DNA of 64,000 nucleotides from Neoechinorhynchus agilis (Eukaryota; Animalia; Acanthocephala), in the NCBI GenBank assembly GCA_051530055.1, contig CM121341.1, positions 18,516,784-18,580,783 on the forward strand, given 5' to 3'. Below the pieces are notes generated by a model, which was not told the DNA's origin, ran no database searches, and worked only from the letters and a program-made list of their open reading frames with translations. The position numbers were made by a program, and so were the translations under genes. Position 1 is the first letter of the stretch. Every line of letters begins with the position of its first letter. Of the stretch, positions 34,890 through 46,493 are shown piece by piece.

Positions 34890-37800
34890 TTAAAGATCAC
34901 TTGTTTGACTCTCCAGCAAGTTTATGAGACTTGAGAGTGTTTTGTCGTTCATCATGCACAAAATACTGACAGCAGTCTTTTGTCGCTCCTTCATTTCTAT
35001 ATATTGTTGGAGAAGTAACGAATACCTCGTTTCCGTGGCGACTACTTGATCACAAAGCTTTGCCAGTTGATTTGATAAATCTTCTACCTGAAGTCGAAGT
35101 TCATCTGTAGACAATCCTTCATTAAGTGTTACACAGGGTACTGAGTTTGACTCGCTTAAACTCCGGAACCCGGTCAATTTCCATGAGCATTTTGAATCGA
35201 CATCATCAGCAGAGAGTACTGAGATGTGTGGTGCATCAGTAAACGAATTATCTTCCCATTGGCTGAGAATCTCCACAAAACGTTCGACCATTTGCCGAAC
35301 CATATTGTCCATCGTGAAGAGAAGATGAGGAATAGTCGATGCGATGTATTCGTCCCTGGCTGTTATCTTAGCAACTGAAGGAATTAAACAGTGAAATAGC
35401 TGTTCCACTTGCTCATTGTTTATATCTTGTTCTTTTAAATGAGAAATAAGTTCTCGAATACGGAATTCACCATTACTCTCATCGCTAATGTAGTCAATAA
35501 CAGAGCAAACTAGCTTTTCAATAGCTTCTTTGTCGAACCGCTTGTCGTTCATAATTGTTGCCAAGGCATCCGTTATTTCTTTTTTACTTCTACTAAGGAT
35601 TTTCTGGAGTAAATGTTTAATACCATGCTTCCTTGAAGTTTGTTGGGAATATACTCGGCGCGTAGTATTAGCTTCGGGCGAAGGATCCGAAGACACTCGA
35701 TAGAATGATTTGTTTGGAACTGTTAGATACGACAAGGATTCAACGGATGAATAATCATGAAGTTTGTTTCCACGGAAAAATGAATATTCTAACAGTTTTT
35801 TTACTTTTGGTCGATTCTTTTGTTCGGATTGAAAGCAAGCGTCTAAAACATTCTTTAAATCTGGACTTATATTATCAGGAATATTTGGATGGGTGTTATC
35901 GGATCCGATTTTTAGTAAGAGTGCAAATTCATTCATTTCATTAGAGAATGGGGGCTTTCCTGTTGCCATTTCAATAACAGTACATCCAAAAGACCATATA
36001 TCAGCCGGGTAACCATATCCTTGGTCGGGAACATTTATTACGTCAGGTGCCATATATTGGATAGTTCCGATTAAATCGTCTAAGCAACTGCTTAAGCCTG
36101 CCAAGCGCTTGCTTGCACCGAAATCGGCGATCTTCACTTCTCCATTGTATTGATTAAGAAGAATATTGGCTCCTTTAATATCTCTATGTATTATATGGTT
36201 CTCATGGAGATACTGGAGACCGCGAAGTATCTGCTTACCGAAAATTCTAATTGCGGGTTCTTTAAGGGGACCAAATTTTGATAGAAAATCTGTTATCTTG
36301 CGGTTTGTAGATACTGGAGGTTAAGTAGACGAAAACAATGAGTTTAAAAAAGCTTTCGGGTGTGATTTCAATTCTAGAAAAGAAAAATTTAGAATTTTTA
36401 GATTAAATTCACTTTATTTTTTGCCTGATAGAAGTTGCTGTGTAGCCCATGATTTAATGCCAATTAATTTAGTAAGCTTTTACCATGTTTTTTTCCTCCG
36501 CGATACTCAGTTTAAACGGTGGTTCGCAGAATCAGTGGTCATATCAAATGATTTCGTTAATGATAAAATTAGTAAATAATTTCAACTATACCATCGGACA
36601 CATAAATACCGAAAAGATAGAAGCAATTACTGCGTGTTCCACGAACCGCGTCTAAACTTCCTCCATCAACATATTCAAGAACGATCTTAACAATCCCGTG
36701 TTGATCGGACCCTTCACAAATACAATCATGATAGTGTACAATATTTCGATGTTTAAGAGTAGATAGAATTTTGATTTCATTATAAATAGTTTCCATCGCA
36801 GTGCTATCTTTTAAATAAATATGCTTGATGGCATACTTCACAAGAGGATTCTCTAGGTCATAGCCGAGAAAAACTGTGCCAAACGTTCCGTGCCCGAGCT
36901 CAATTGGCCTATTATTTGAATCCAATTTATAATCGAACATTACTGTTGGTTGATCTTCGTCGTGGGTTTGATCAGGTGAAATTTTCTGATATGGCCTTAC
37001 TTGCTGATAAAATTCAGCGCATTTTTCGGCACATGAAAAACCGACCTTGTAGCAGTTTAGATCGCCAATACTATAGATCAGAAGCATGCGTTCATTAGTC
37101 GCTGGCATTATGGACAATATACAATCAAGAAACATCCAATTTTTCCTCGTGTTCTTGCGTTTTTTATTTTCAGTTCGTTTAATTGTATCGAATATAAGAG
37201 CAGTCTTAAACTCAGCACCATTACTAGTCGATGAAATACTTCGGCCAGCACCATAGACATCAAGTGCGTAGCTGGTTAGTTCGTCTAAAGAGCCAACAAC
37301 ATTTAGCATTCGACATTGCAATCATTTTCTGGCAAAACGTAAAAAATAGTTTAAAACATGTATTAGACTGCAATAAGAAAGTTCTAAGAACTTAGATGTA
37401 GCTAATGTGAACTATCGAGGTCGCAGTTTGCAGTCAAATCGTCATATTTTAAAACTTAAATAACAATTATTTTAGTAAAATCCAATTTTCATCATTTAAG
37501 TTATTCAGGTTATTAATCCCTTCCTCAGCTTTTGGCATAAGGCCACGGCATGAAGCCACACCGATCTCTTACAACAGGGAAGTAATAGAATCACTTAATA
37601 CCCTGAACCATACGGTTATGAGTTTGTATGCATCCCTTCGGGTTCTCATATACCTCCAGGAGGCGGGACTCGTCAGTGGGTTTCCGCCCTTCAGCAGTAT
37701 TTCGTCCATTTCGTCCCCTTTGGTTGTGCGTTACTGCCGATGACGCACAACCAAAGGGGACGAAATACCGATGAAGAGAGGAGGAAACTCACTGATGAGT

Positions 37801-40745
37801 CCCTCATCCTCGGAAGTTATATGAGGATCCGAAGGGATGCGTACAAACTCATAACCGCATGCATCAGAGACTATGTGGTTATATCATTTCTCTAACGTAA
37901 GAGATCGGTTAGGCTTCATGCCGTCGCCTTATGCCAAAAGCTGAAGAAGGGATGTAATAACCTAAAACAAAATAAAGCGGCTTGACAGTAACATTTAAGT
38001 TATTGTCAAAAAGTTTCTAAATGCATATAATGCACTAGTTCAAAGGATTTAGTGTGGACAATATGTACTAAATCATTAAATAAACAATTTCTTTATTGTC
38101 GATTGTAGATACATTCTAGTTCCGACTGATGCTTTAAAGCTTGGTTATCGCAACGACGATTCTGATGGTTAGATTATGTACTTTTTAATTAGTGAATCAC
38201 GGAGAATCGCTTTCGCGAGAAATGGTAAGAAGTCCGCAATCGTGGCCAATAGGTGTGCAACTTGGAGAAAAAGTTAGTCTTATATTACACATATTTATAA
38301 TAATTGAGAATAAAGTTTAGGTTGAAATTATCATAAATGCATTGTTGCTAATGCGCTTGCATTTTAATTTTTTATCGATAAATCAAAGAAACCATGAAAA
38401 ATTATATACTGACAATACAGAAACTTAACAATTTTTCTGAAACAAAAATGTTGAAGACTACAAGTATATCATCCTTTACCTCAGCCTCTCCAATTGTCAT
38501 ATATAGACAACTGAAATGTTCTAGACGATGTTCCGTATTATCATTTGTTCTATCTTCTATTCTAGGATCGCCCGAACTGATTATTTTTACAATGACCGGA
38601 TATGAAATATCTGATCGTGTTTCTGGCTCTACAGCGTCAATGAAAAAATCTATCCAAAACTCAAATAGTCTGTAATCCGTGTTCTCTCTTTCCTCTGCCG
38701 TCAAGACGTTTCTCAAATACCTTCTAATCATAAGTTTTATGTTGACAGTAGTTGTTCTAAGACACCAGCAAGGTGGATCAAGTAGGTACATGTACAGAGC
38801 TGAATCCGCAGCTTTTTGGATTTGTCTTAACTGGACACAGAGCTCAAAATACGATGCTACGTCCCAGTAATTTTTGCTAGCATTGATAGCACCCTTTTGA
38901 CCGAGCATACTGGAAACCATAAGTAAAATTCGTCTAATCGATGGATCTTCATTGATTGCCTCATGATTGTGCACCAGGGTAAGGGTTATAATATTTATAC
39001 CTGCGTAAATATTTGGCTGTATTTCGAAACTTTTGCTGTAATATTCGATAGCCAACGTACGCTCTCGATCATCTTTAAATTGACCCTCGATGTACCTTTC
39101 TTTATGAATTCGTCCATAGAGACATATAATGTCGCCAGTTACTTCAGACGACTTATCTAATTCGTCAAGTATTGCAATAGCTTGATCTCTTTGTTCCGAT
39201 TCTCCGTATCTACTCCTGGTGAAAGCAAACATATACAAGATCTTATCGAAAGTGGCATCGTCAGTCCGTTCACATGATAGACCTTTTGACTTTTCGAAAA
39301 TTTCTTCGACTTTTAATATTAGGTCATATCGCTGATCGTCTCGGAAAGTAATAAGTAGATCAACTATGAACTCTTCGGATATTCTACCTATAATGTCATC
39401 GGAAAACGCTTCTTGGCAAAGCTCGTCCCATATCTTTTCACTTCTCTCTGACGACCGGGGATATATTTTCTTGTAGCTACTCCGCGATCAATCCTAGCAA
39501 TTGCTAAAGTCGAGCTATGTTGACCTACGTCTTTAAAATGCGTTTCAAAAGCTACTAATTACATGTAAATAAACGCAAAATAAGTAAGCCTTAAACACTA
39601 TTGACTGCATAGAGTAAAAAGACAACGGTAATGATGATCTTTAAAATCACAGTTATGGCTAGCTAATCGCAATTTGTGTAAATTTCTCGTCAAAGTTTCA
39701 AAATGAGTTGAGAATGTTTTTAGAGAATACGCGGCTACGGTATTACCATCACTAATTCCTATGTTCCTTGTCTTAGTTCTCAACAACGAATGAAATGAGG
39801 ACGATCTGAATATCCGATAAGTTGTATTTTAACCAAGTTTCTAATAAACTAAATCTGCATAAGTGTGAATACTTCTAAGATTTCAAACAAAAGTTACTTT
39901 ACAGGTTAGGATAATTCATAAAACTCAAATTATCTCGTTTCACATCGTAATTGTAGTATTCCCGCTGGACTACTGGCAGTTTTTCATCTTTTGAAATGCG
40001 CCAGACACCAAAGTGGTTACCCTTCAAATTTTATCAGGTCAACCCGTTATTTTAGTAAACGAAATTTTCATCGTAAAAGTAGTCACGAACCAAACACTGG
40101 AATCGACCGCCACTTACGAAGTTTAGTCAGGTATTCATCGCCACCTTTAGATTTAGGAGTTTTACTTGCTGTTTGAAAAAGTTCCTTCAACTGTTGTCTT
40201 GCACTATAATATTCAGGACTAACGGGGCATGAAAAGCGTCGATTAAGTCTTTTCATGTTACTTAGCACATTGATTGCACTGATTTTGACTTTACCGTCTA
40301 TGTCAATTTCCGTTTTATAGTAAAGGCACTCTGAGTCATGAATTACACATTTTATATCTTGCACAATATGTTGGTTCATACAGTGAACAGTGATCAAGTC
40401 ATACGAATGCCCTAGACTTTGCCTAATACCGATTTGGTACAATAGATACGGCCGAAGACTCGCGACACTGATATCGATTACAGCGACATCCGCACTGTTA
40501 AACTCTCGGACTGTGAGAAAGTCTCCGAATTCAAGCAATCCGAAATCTATTCGCGTATGTTCAAGGCGAAGTTCGGTGCAGACATTTGAAACAAGTCTAA
40601 ACATAGCCATTGTGGCGTTCGCGGCATTCGATTTGCTACAATCCCTCTCATTTTCGAAAATCGAAACTACTCTCATCTTGCTCAAATGCGAGTACGGAAA
40701 GTCGTCAACTTGAGTCTCCTGCTCAATATGACGAATTTTAGTCAT
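34890..40745 (-). CDS. MAP3K5: ASK1-like MAP3K (MAP3K5/6/15 family), 4 exons (~40745-40118, 39447-~38430, ~37285-36653, 36293-34890)
   Basis: ASK-type N-terminal regulatory region (ADVAVIDIS, CLYGRIHKE, YWDVASYFE), PH-like segment, kinase LGHGTFGTV, HRDIKGAN, KIADFGASKRLAG, GTIQYMAPD, GYGYPADIWSFGCTVIEMATGKPPF, C-terminal coiled coil; paralogue identity not resolvable. Confidence 0.9.
37507..37963. repeat. ~457-bp imperfect palindrome inside MAP3K intron 2
   Basis: Left arm aggttatta..gcttttggcataagg is the reverse complement of the right arm; centre near 37735; right arm homologous to 32388-32570. Confidence 0.88.
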
Positions 40746-41137
40746 GAATCATTATGTTTCCAAGCATGATAGCAAACAAGGCTCAATTTAGTGAATCATT
40801 TCTGAAACGAATGTCTTTTAAAGAAAAATTTGATTAGAAACGATTGAGTATACAATTTCGGAGAGGCATGCAATGTTATTCGAAACATTTTTCAACAACC
40901 GTGAGTTTAAAATTTAAATCCAAGAAAACAAGCAAAATTCATTCAATATTGGTTACTCGTTTAACATGATCACGTTTTGTCATCAAGAAGTATTCGAATA
41001 TATTTAAAGGACTATAAAATTAACGTATAACGTAAAGATAAGCTGTAGGTACTACAAAAAAATCGTTTTTCGCTACAATGAATTGTTTGGTGGTCAATGG
41101 ATTATATATATTTCAATTTCTTGAATTATTATCATTA

Positions 41138-41406
41138 GGGAAAGGAAAATTTCTTTTGGTAGTTTTGCAACCCCGGATTAAAAATTCTCTAATTTATTTT
41201 CGGTATTTCGTCCAATAATTCCGACATTATCAAGCTATGTCATTGCTTGTAAATGTTCTTTTAAAACAAGAGCTCACATATTTAAAAAACTTACAAGCAA
41301 TGACAAACATTGATAATGTCGAAATTATCCGACGAAATATCGGAAATAAATTAGTGAATTTAAATGCGGGATGGTAAAACTACCAAAGGAAAATATTTCG
41401 ATTTCC
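41138..41406. mobile_element. ~270-bp foldback MITE-like element
   Basis: TTTCTTTTGGTAGTTTTG...AAAACTACCAAAGGAAA termini with ~100-bp imperfect arms. Confidence 0.75.
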
Positions 41407-41778
41407 AACTTTGTTAACAATGGAGGAATTTCTAGCAGAATTTGTGTATGCTGAGTCGGAGCTAATTCAAAAACCCAACTGAAGTAATAATCTTTTAAAC
41501 AAAGATGGTTTTGATACCATGGTGTGTAATTTTAGGAAAGTATGTATTATGAATGTATCATGTCTTGAGCTGTTAAGAACGTTCATAACTTCTTTCCTCG
41601 TTACTTTCAGGTTACCGTTAGTCTTGGTTTGACCACGGATCAATTTTATATTGAGATTTTTGTAAACAGTTTTATATCAAAACAAGATAGTGGATCTTTT
41701 GTTGATCAAGGTTAAATTTTTAAGGTTAAGAAGCTAAAATTTAGCCGAAGGACGATAACGCTTTCAGAATTTCCACTA

Positions 41779-41850
41779 GGGGAAAATCAAACTTTCTTTT
41801 GGTAGTTTTGCCAATACGGGGTGCCAAAACTACCAAAAGAAAGAAAATGT
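41779..41850. repeat. Miniature hairpin derivative of the 41138-41406 element
   Basis: CTTTCTTTTGGTAGTTTTG (41792-41810) is perfectly complementary to CAAAACTACCAAAAGAAAG (41825-41843). Confidence 0.75.
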
Positions 41851-42040
41851 TAATGGTGAATGTAGCGCCTTTCAACTTTGCACATCTTAGTTACAAATTC
41901 TTATCAAATGCGACATTTCCGCAATAGTCGACTATGGCAATCTTAAACCACCTTAGCAAATGAAGCAATAATTTTTATGCGGAAAAAATAAAAGACGTCA
42001 GTTTAGTTGGAAAATACCGGAGTAAAAAGTTAGAATTAAT

Positions 42041-43917
42041 TTATATTCCATGGATCGACTCGGAGGTGGTAGTATAACTTCCAGTTTCCATCAGATTGCC
42101 ACCTTCAAATCCACCTCCTGCAGCTGACTCCACATGGTAGGCATCATGGTCAAATCCTGAAGACATTGCACCTCCAAACTGTTGAAACGAGCTTTGCTCA
42201 GAATAGTGACTTTCTCCACCAACACCCTCAAGTCCGGAATTTCCGCTAACAACATCAAAAGCCGAAGCATCTAGTCCAGCATTTGCCAAAACCCCATTTA
42301 TGTCCGTAGCAGCAGCACTACCACCAACATAATTACCCTCCCCAACTGGCATCGCATTATACTGATAGCCTTCGGTCGATCCAGTTGCGTGATACGAAGT
42401 CTCCGCAAACCCAGCGGCTTCCAATCCGCCTATCGGTGCTGCATCACTGCTGCTTTCCATTCCGTAGGCTCCATAGCCAATAGCAGGGGGACTCTAGAGT
42501 TCGGACTTAAATTACGATTTTTAATTAACAGTTAAATTTTTAAGCACAAAGATATTGGGCTCTTTTAAATCATGACCTTATGATCATACATCATTGGAAG
42601 GGAAATAAACTTCTGAAATTGTACAAAGCGTAAAATAAATATATTACAGAGTTACTACTGTGGTTATAAAATTGCTCTTAAGTGGCGGTTCATAAGCAAA
42701 AATGAAAAAGAGGAGCGATATTCAAGTATTATACTCACAATATCCTCAGTTACTCCATAATTCCTAGCTTGAGAGATAAGAATATGAGCGTCGAGAAGTG
42801 AACCACCATATCGTTCTACATAACTTCTCGGATCCATTTGAGTGATTCCAAGATTTTTAAACGCTCGTTCAACTCTAGGGCGTATTGTTTCATAGCAAAT
42901 AATCATATTTTTGGCCGTCTTATAAACCTGTGCCCCGGCAGCCCGTTGATAAATCACTCGTCGTTTAGGCATTGGTCCGTATGGAAGCCATCGCTCGATT
43001 ATAATATCTCTTGGCTTCGGAGGCAATGGTGGATAGCGTTCAATAATTACTTGTCTCGGTGGAGGTGGTAAAGCTGCTAGTCTTTTTATGATGACTTTTT
43101 GTGAAAGAGACGCGGGAGGACGTGGTGGTTTCTCACGGAGGATAATAGGTGGCGGGGTTGGTGGTCGCGGTGGGCGTTGTCTGATGATCAACGGTGGAGC
43201 AGGAGGTGGTTGTGGAGGCCGAACTTCTCTAACAATGAGTGGCCCTGGAGCTGGAAGTTGTGGCGGTTTTAAGAATCGAACTTGAACATGTTGTCTGTAA
43301 ACTTGTGGAGTGGCTGTAAACTGTCGTTTTACTACGGTAGGATTTGGATCTTGTTGGATTTTGTAGTTAGAATATGCAGTTGAATTGTTTTGATCGACTG
43401 CATTATATCCTCCGAAATCTACTCCAGTCGATGCATTAGCACCTATTGCATTAATGCCACTTTCGTATGCACCAATTGCACCGCCACCACTGCCGCCAAA
43501 AGATGTGACCGTTTCCCCACTTCCATATTCACCAGTGCTAAAGGTCTCTTGTCCGCCAATGTACCCCGATTCACCATATTGCTGGGATGATTCAAATCCA
43601 GCAGATTCGTATTGTTGAGATGATTCAAAACCCCCAACAGTGCCACCGGATGAAACACCAAAGGTGGCGGAATCAAAAGTACCACCACCGTGCATCGATG
43701 AACCGAATTCTCCTGCACCCGAATTTCCTTCAAACCCATTTATGCCAAGATTGCTACCCTCAAATCCGCTAATTCCACCTCCGTGTGTATCCATGTATTC
43801 CGAACTGTATTGATATGAAGTCGGTGCGAGGTTTGAGCTGTAACTTGCGTGCTGGGATCCTGAAACATGATTACTGGATTCTATTATTTTACGAACTTCC
43901 GCTTCTTGCTGATCCAT
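42041..43917 (-). CDS. Gly/Ser-rich plus Pro-rich (PPP..VIIER-type) protein, 2 exons (43917-42739, 42493-42041)
   Basis: ORFs joined by ATT|gtgagt...ctctag|AGT (245-nt intron), giving ...GVTEDI-SPPAIG...; core VRFLKPP..PGPLIVREVRPP..RQVIIER..DIIIERWLPY. Confidence 0.85.
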
Positions 43918-45456
43918 CCAGGAGTTTTGTGTTCAAAAAGTTAAATTTTGTAATGGCAGTTGAACAAGCTAGTTCTTATGCGCACTCGTCGGTAGCGTCT
44001 CCTCTCCCATTAATATTAGTCAACTGCGTTCCGCGTACAAAATGCGAAACACTTGGGACCGTCTAGAACACATGAACCCAACATTGTCTGCAATGTGAAA
44101 CGGTGCTCCATATAAAAAGAAGCAATGAGTCATGACCGCTCAGACCATATTCCTTTTTTAATGAGCAGAGAGCACGGCGAAAACGTATTCATAAAAGAAA
44201 AGTGCAAGTGACTGCACAGTTTGTCCTAAAAGGGTAACAGATTTACAAAAATTATTTTATATTTTTTTAGAAAATGTCAAATTGATGACAGAAATGACAA
44301 AGCTAGCGTTATAGCATGTCTTTAGCATAGGTTTTAATTTTGTTTAATTTTTGCACGCATGGCAGTGATTGGACAATATTTCATTCTACGCAATAAAAAT
44401 TAACTATCAATGGAAATTAGCAATAAAAATCGGTAAAACAGCAAGATGAAAAATGAAGTAATGTTCGATAATGGATGTGCGTTGCATTAAAAATAAATCA
44501 GCCTAGCAAATTAAAGGACGAATTATAACATTAAGGAAACGCGCAGATACCATTGAGTCATGCATGTACGTGTTTTACATTCTCCATCTATAGCCAATCA
44601 CGTTTTACCTTTCTAATTTTTCTCAATTATATTAAGCATAAAGCATAATTTTATCTGTGCATAAATTGAACAGTTTTGAAAAAACGGATAGAAAATATAT
44701 CCTAAATATCATGTAATGGTTTTTGGTCAGGCGAAATGTCGAAAAATAATTTTATTAATATTTCGTCCTGAAAACGTGAGACTCCTTCAGCATTGTTTTC
44801 GGAAAAAATACAAGTAAACATCTTTATTATCAAATAATTGTTTATGTATGGTATAGAGGGCCTTAAAATTTTTAAGCTTAGTTTAAAGCAAACAAATTTG
44901 GAGAAAAAAATCGGGCTACTTAAAAAATTTTCATCAAGATTGTCCAGTCGTATTTTTGCTGATAAGAAATAATGTGTAACACAATTGAGTTTATTTGTGC
45001 AAATAAATTTATTGGCGCTTAAACCAAGGACAAGTACCATAAACCACTCAGTACAATCATCAATATAAGCACTCGGTAGTGATTTACGCTTTTTCAAGCG
45101 ATCTCACGGAATTAAATGCACGGTTTGTTCGGTACCGATATTAGGCAATCAACCAAAATTTGGTGTGACGAGCCAAAGTAATAAATTTCATAAAGAATCT
45201 GCACAGAAACTCGTAAGCGCAATTAGATATTAAGAAGTTAAAGACTTTATCTCATAAGGGTATCTATTAGCTAGGAGGCAGATCTAAGGCAATTTTCGAT
45301 AAGTCAACCATACTAAAATGGTAACGTTTAATCTTTGCACAATTATAATTATATGCAGGACAAAATCAACGTACCCCACCAGCACAAACTCCGATTCGCT
45401 ACTCATCAAAAATTTGAAACATTTACAAAGAAAATTTTAAGCGAACGCACATGCGA

Positions 45457-46493
45457 TCACCGAATATTTTTGTTAGCAGAAGGATTGTTTTCAGTGGCTG
45501 AGTTTACATAATTGGTGGTTGCTGGGAGACAGAATCCGGCAGTCATAGCTGCAGCTGCACTTGCCTGAAGGTTAGATTGGTGAATCCGTCCGTCTAAGAT
45601 CATATTTCCCACCATGTTTGTTAGTGGATTGTGGGGATGTAAATAGGAAAAGTGTTCGGGCGTAATTGCCTGATTTCCAAATCGATCCACTAAATTTTCC
45701 ATTGGACTGGAATAACATGGATAGTTCATTTGTTCCCCATATGGTACAAATTGTTGAGCATATCGAGGATCAAAGTCATAGAAATTATTTTCAGTTGAAG
45801 ATCGACCAATAAATTGACTTGCAGCGTAAGCTTGATGCTGATTGTAAATTCTATTTGAATATGAAGTATACGGTGATGTGTTCTGATAATAGACGGGTTG
45901 TTGTTGCTGAAGACTATACGGATTAATATAGGACGAGTTATAGGTCATAGGGTTTGATTTTGTTGTTGGATTTCGGGCATCCAAAATGCAAAGCCTTTTT
46001 GGAGGATTTAGTGAGCGGGCAGGAGTAGCTTCTCTTTTGAGCTTTGAGGGCGGATTTTCTTGATTTACTTTTTTTATTGGCATTGACGCCGATCCAATTT
46101 TATTCCTTAGAATTCTTGAAACTGAACTCACCGAAGGTACATTATGATCCGTGCACACACCATCTCGAATCAATTTCTCCCTAATTTCCCAGGCAAACAC
46201 ATTAGGCTCCATTTGTTTGTATTCTCGGATTTTTGCAACTATTCTAGGAGTCGTCACCCTCGGTTTACTTCCACCAATTGCACCAGGCAGAATAGAACCA
46301 GTTTCGCGATACCGATTTAATATTTTACTGACGCATCCGTGCGATACCCTTAGTTGGCGGCTTATATCACATGTTCTGATTCCGCGTTTTCCTAGTTCGA
46401 CTATTTGAAGTCGAATTGCATTTGGAAGTGGGCGGCCATTAACAAATGAACCGCCCAGTTGATTAATTTCCCCATAAGGAGGAATTGATTCTT
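45457..46493 (-). CDS. Pax1/9: Pax1/9 paired-box transcription factor, main exon
   Basis: [28 protein letters not shown]...[18 protein letters not shown]...FAWEIRE...[17 protein letters not shown]; no homeodomain; phase-1 acceptor gtttag at 46494; upstream ATG exon not located. Confidence 0.93.

Noticed and set aside
39448-40117. MAP3K intron 1 as non-canonical (AT/AAG micro-repeats at possible ends)
   Set aside because: A perfect gtaagt donor and a cgtcag acceptor join in phase; canonical splicing explains it
44702-45097. 131-aa minus-strand ORF downstream of Pax1/9
   Set aside because: TTG start, composition typical of AT-rich non-coding DNA, no motif or splice support
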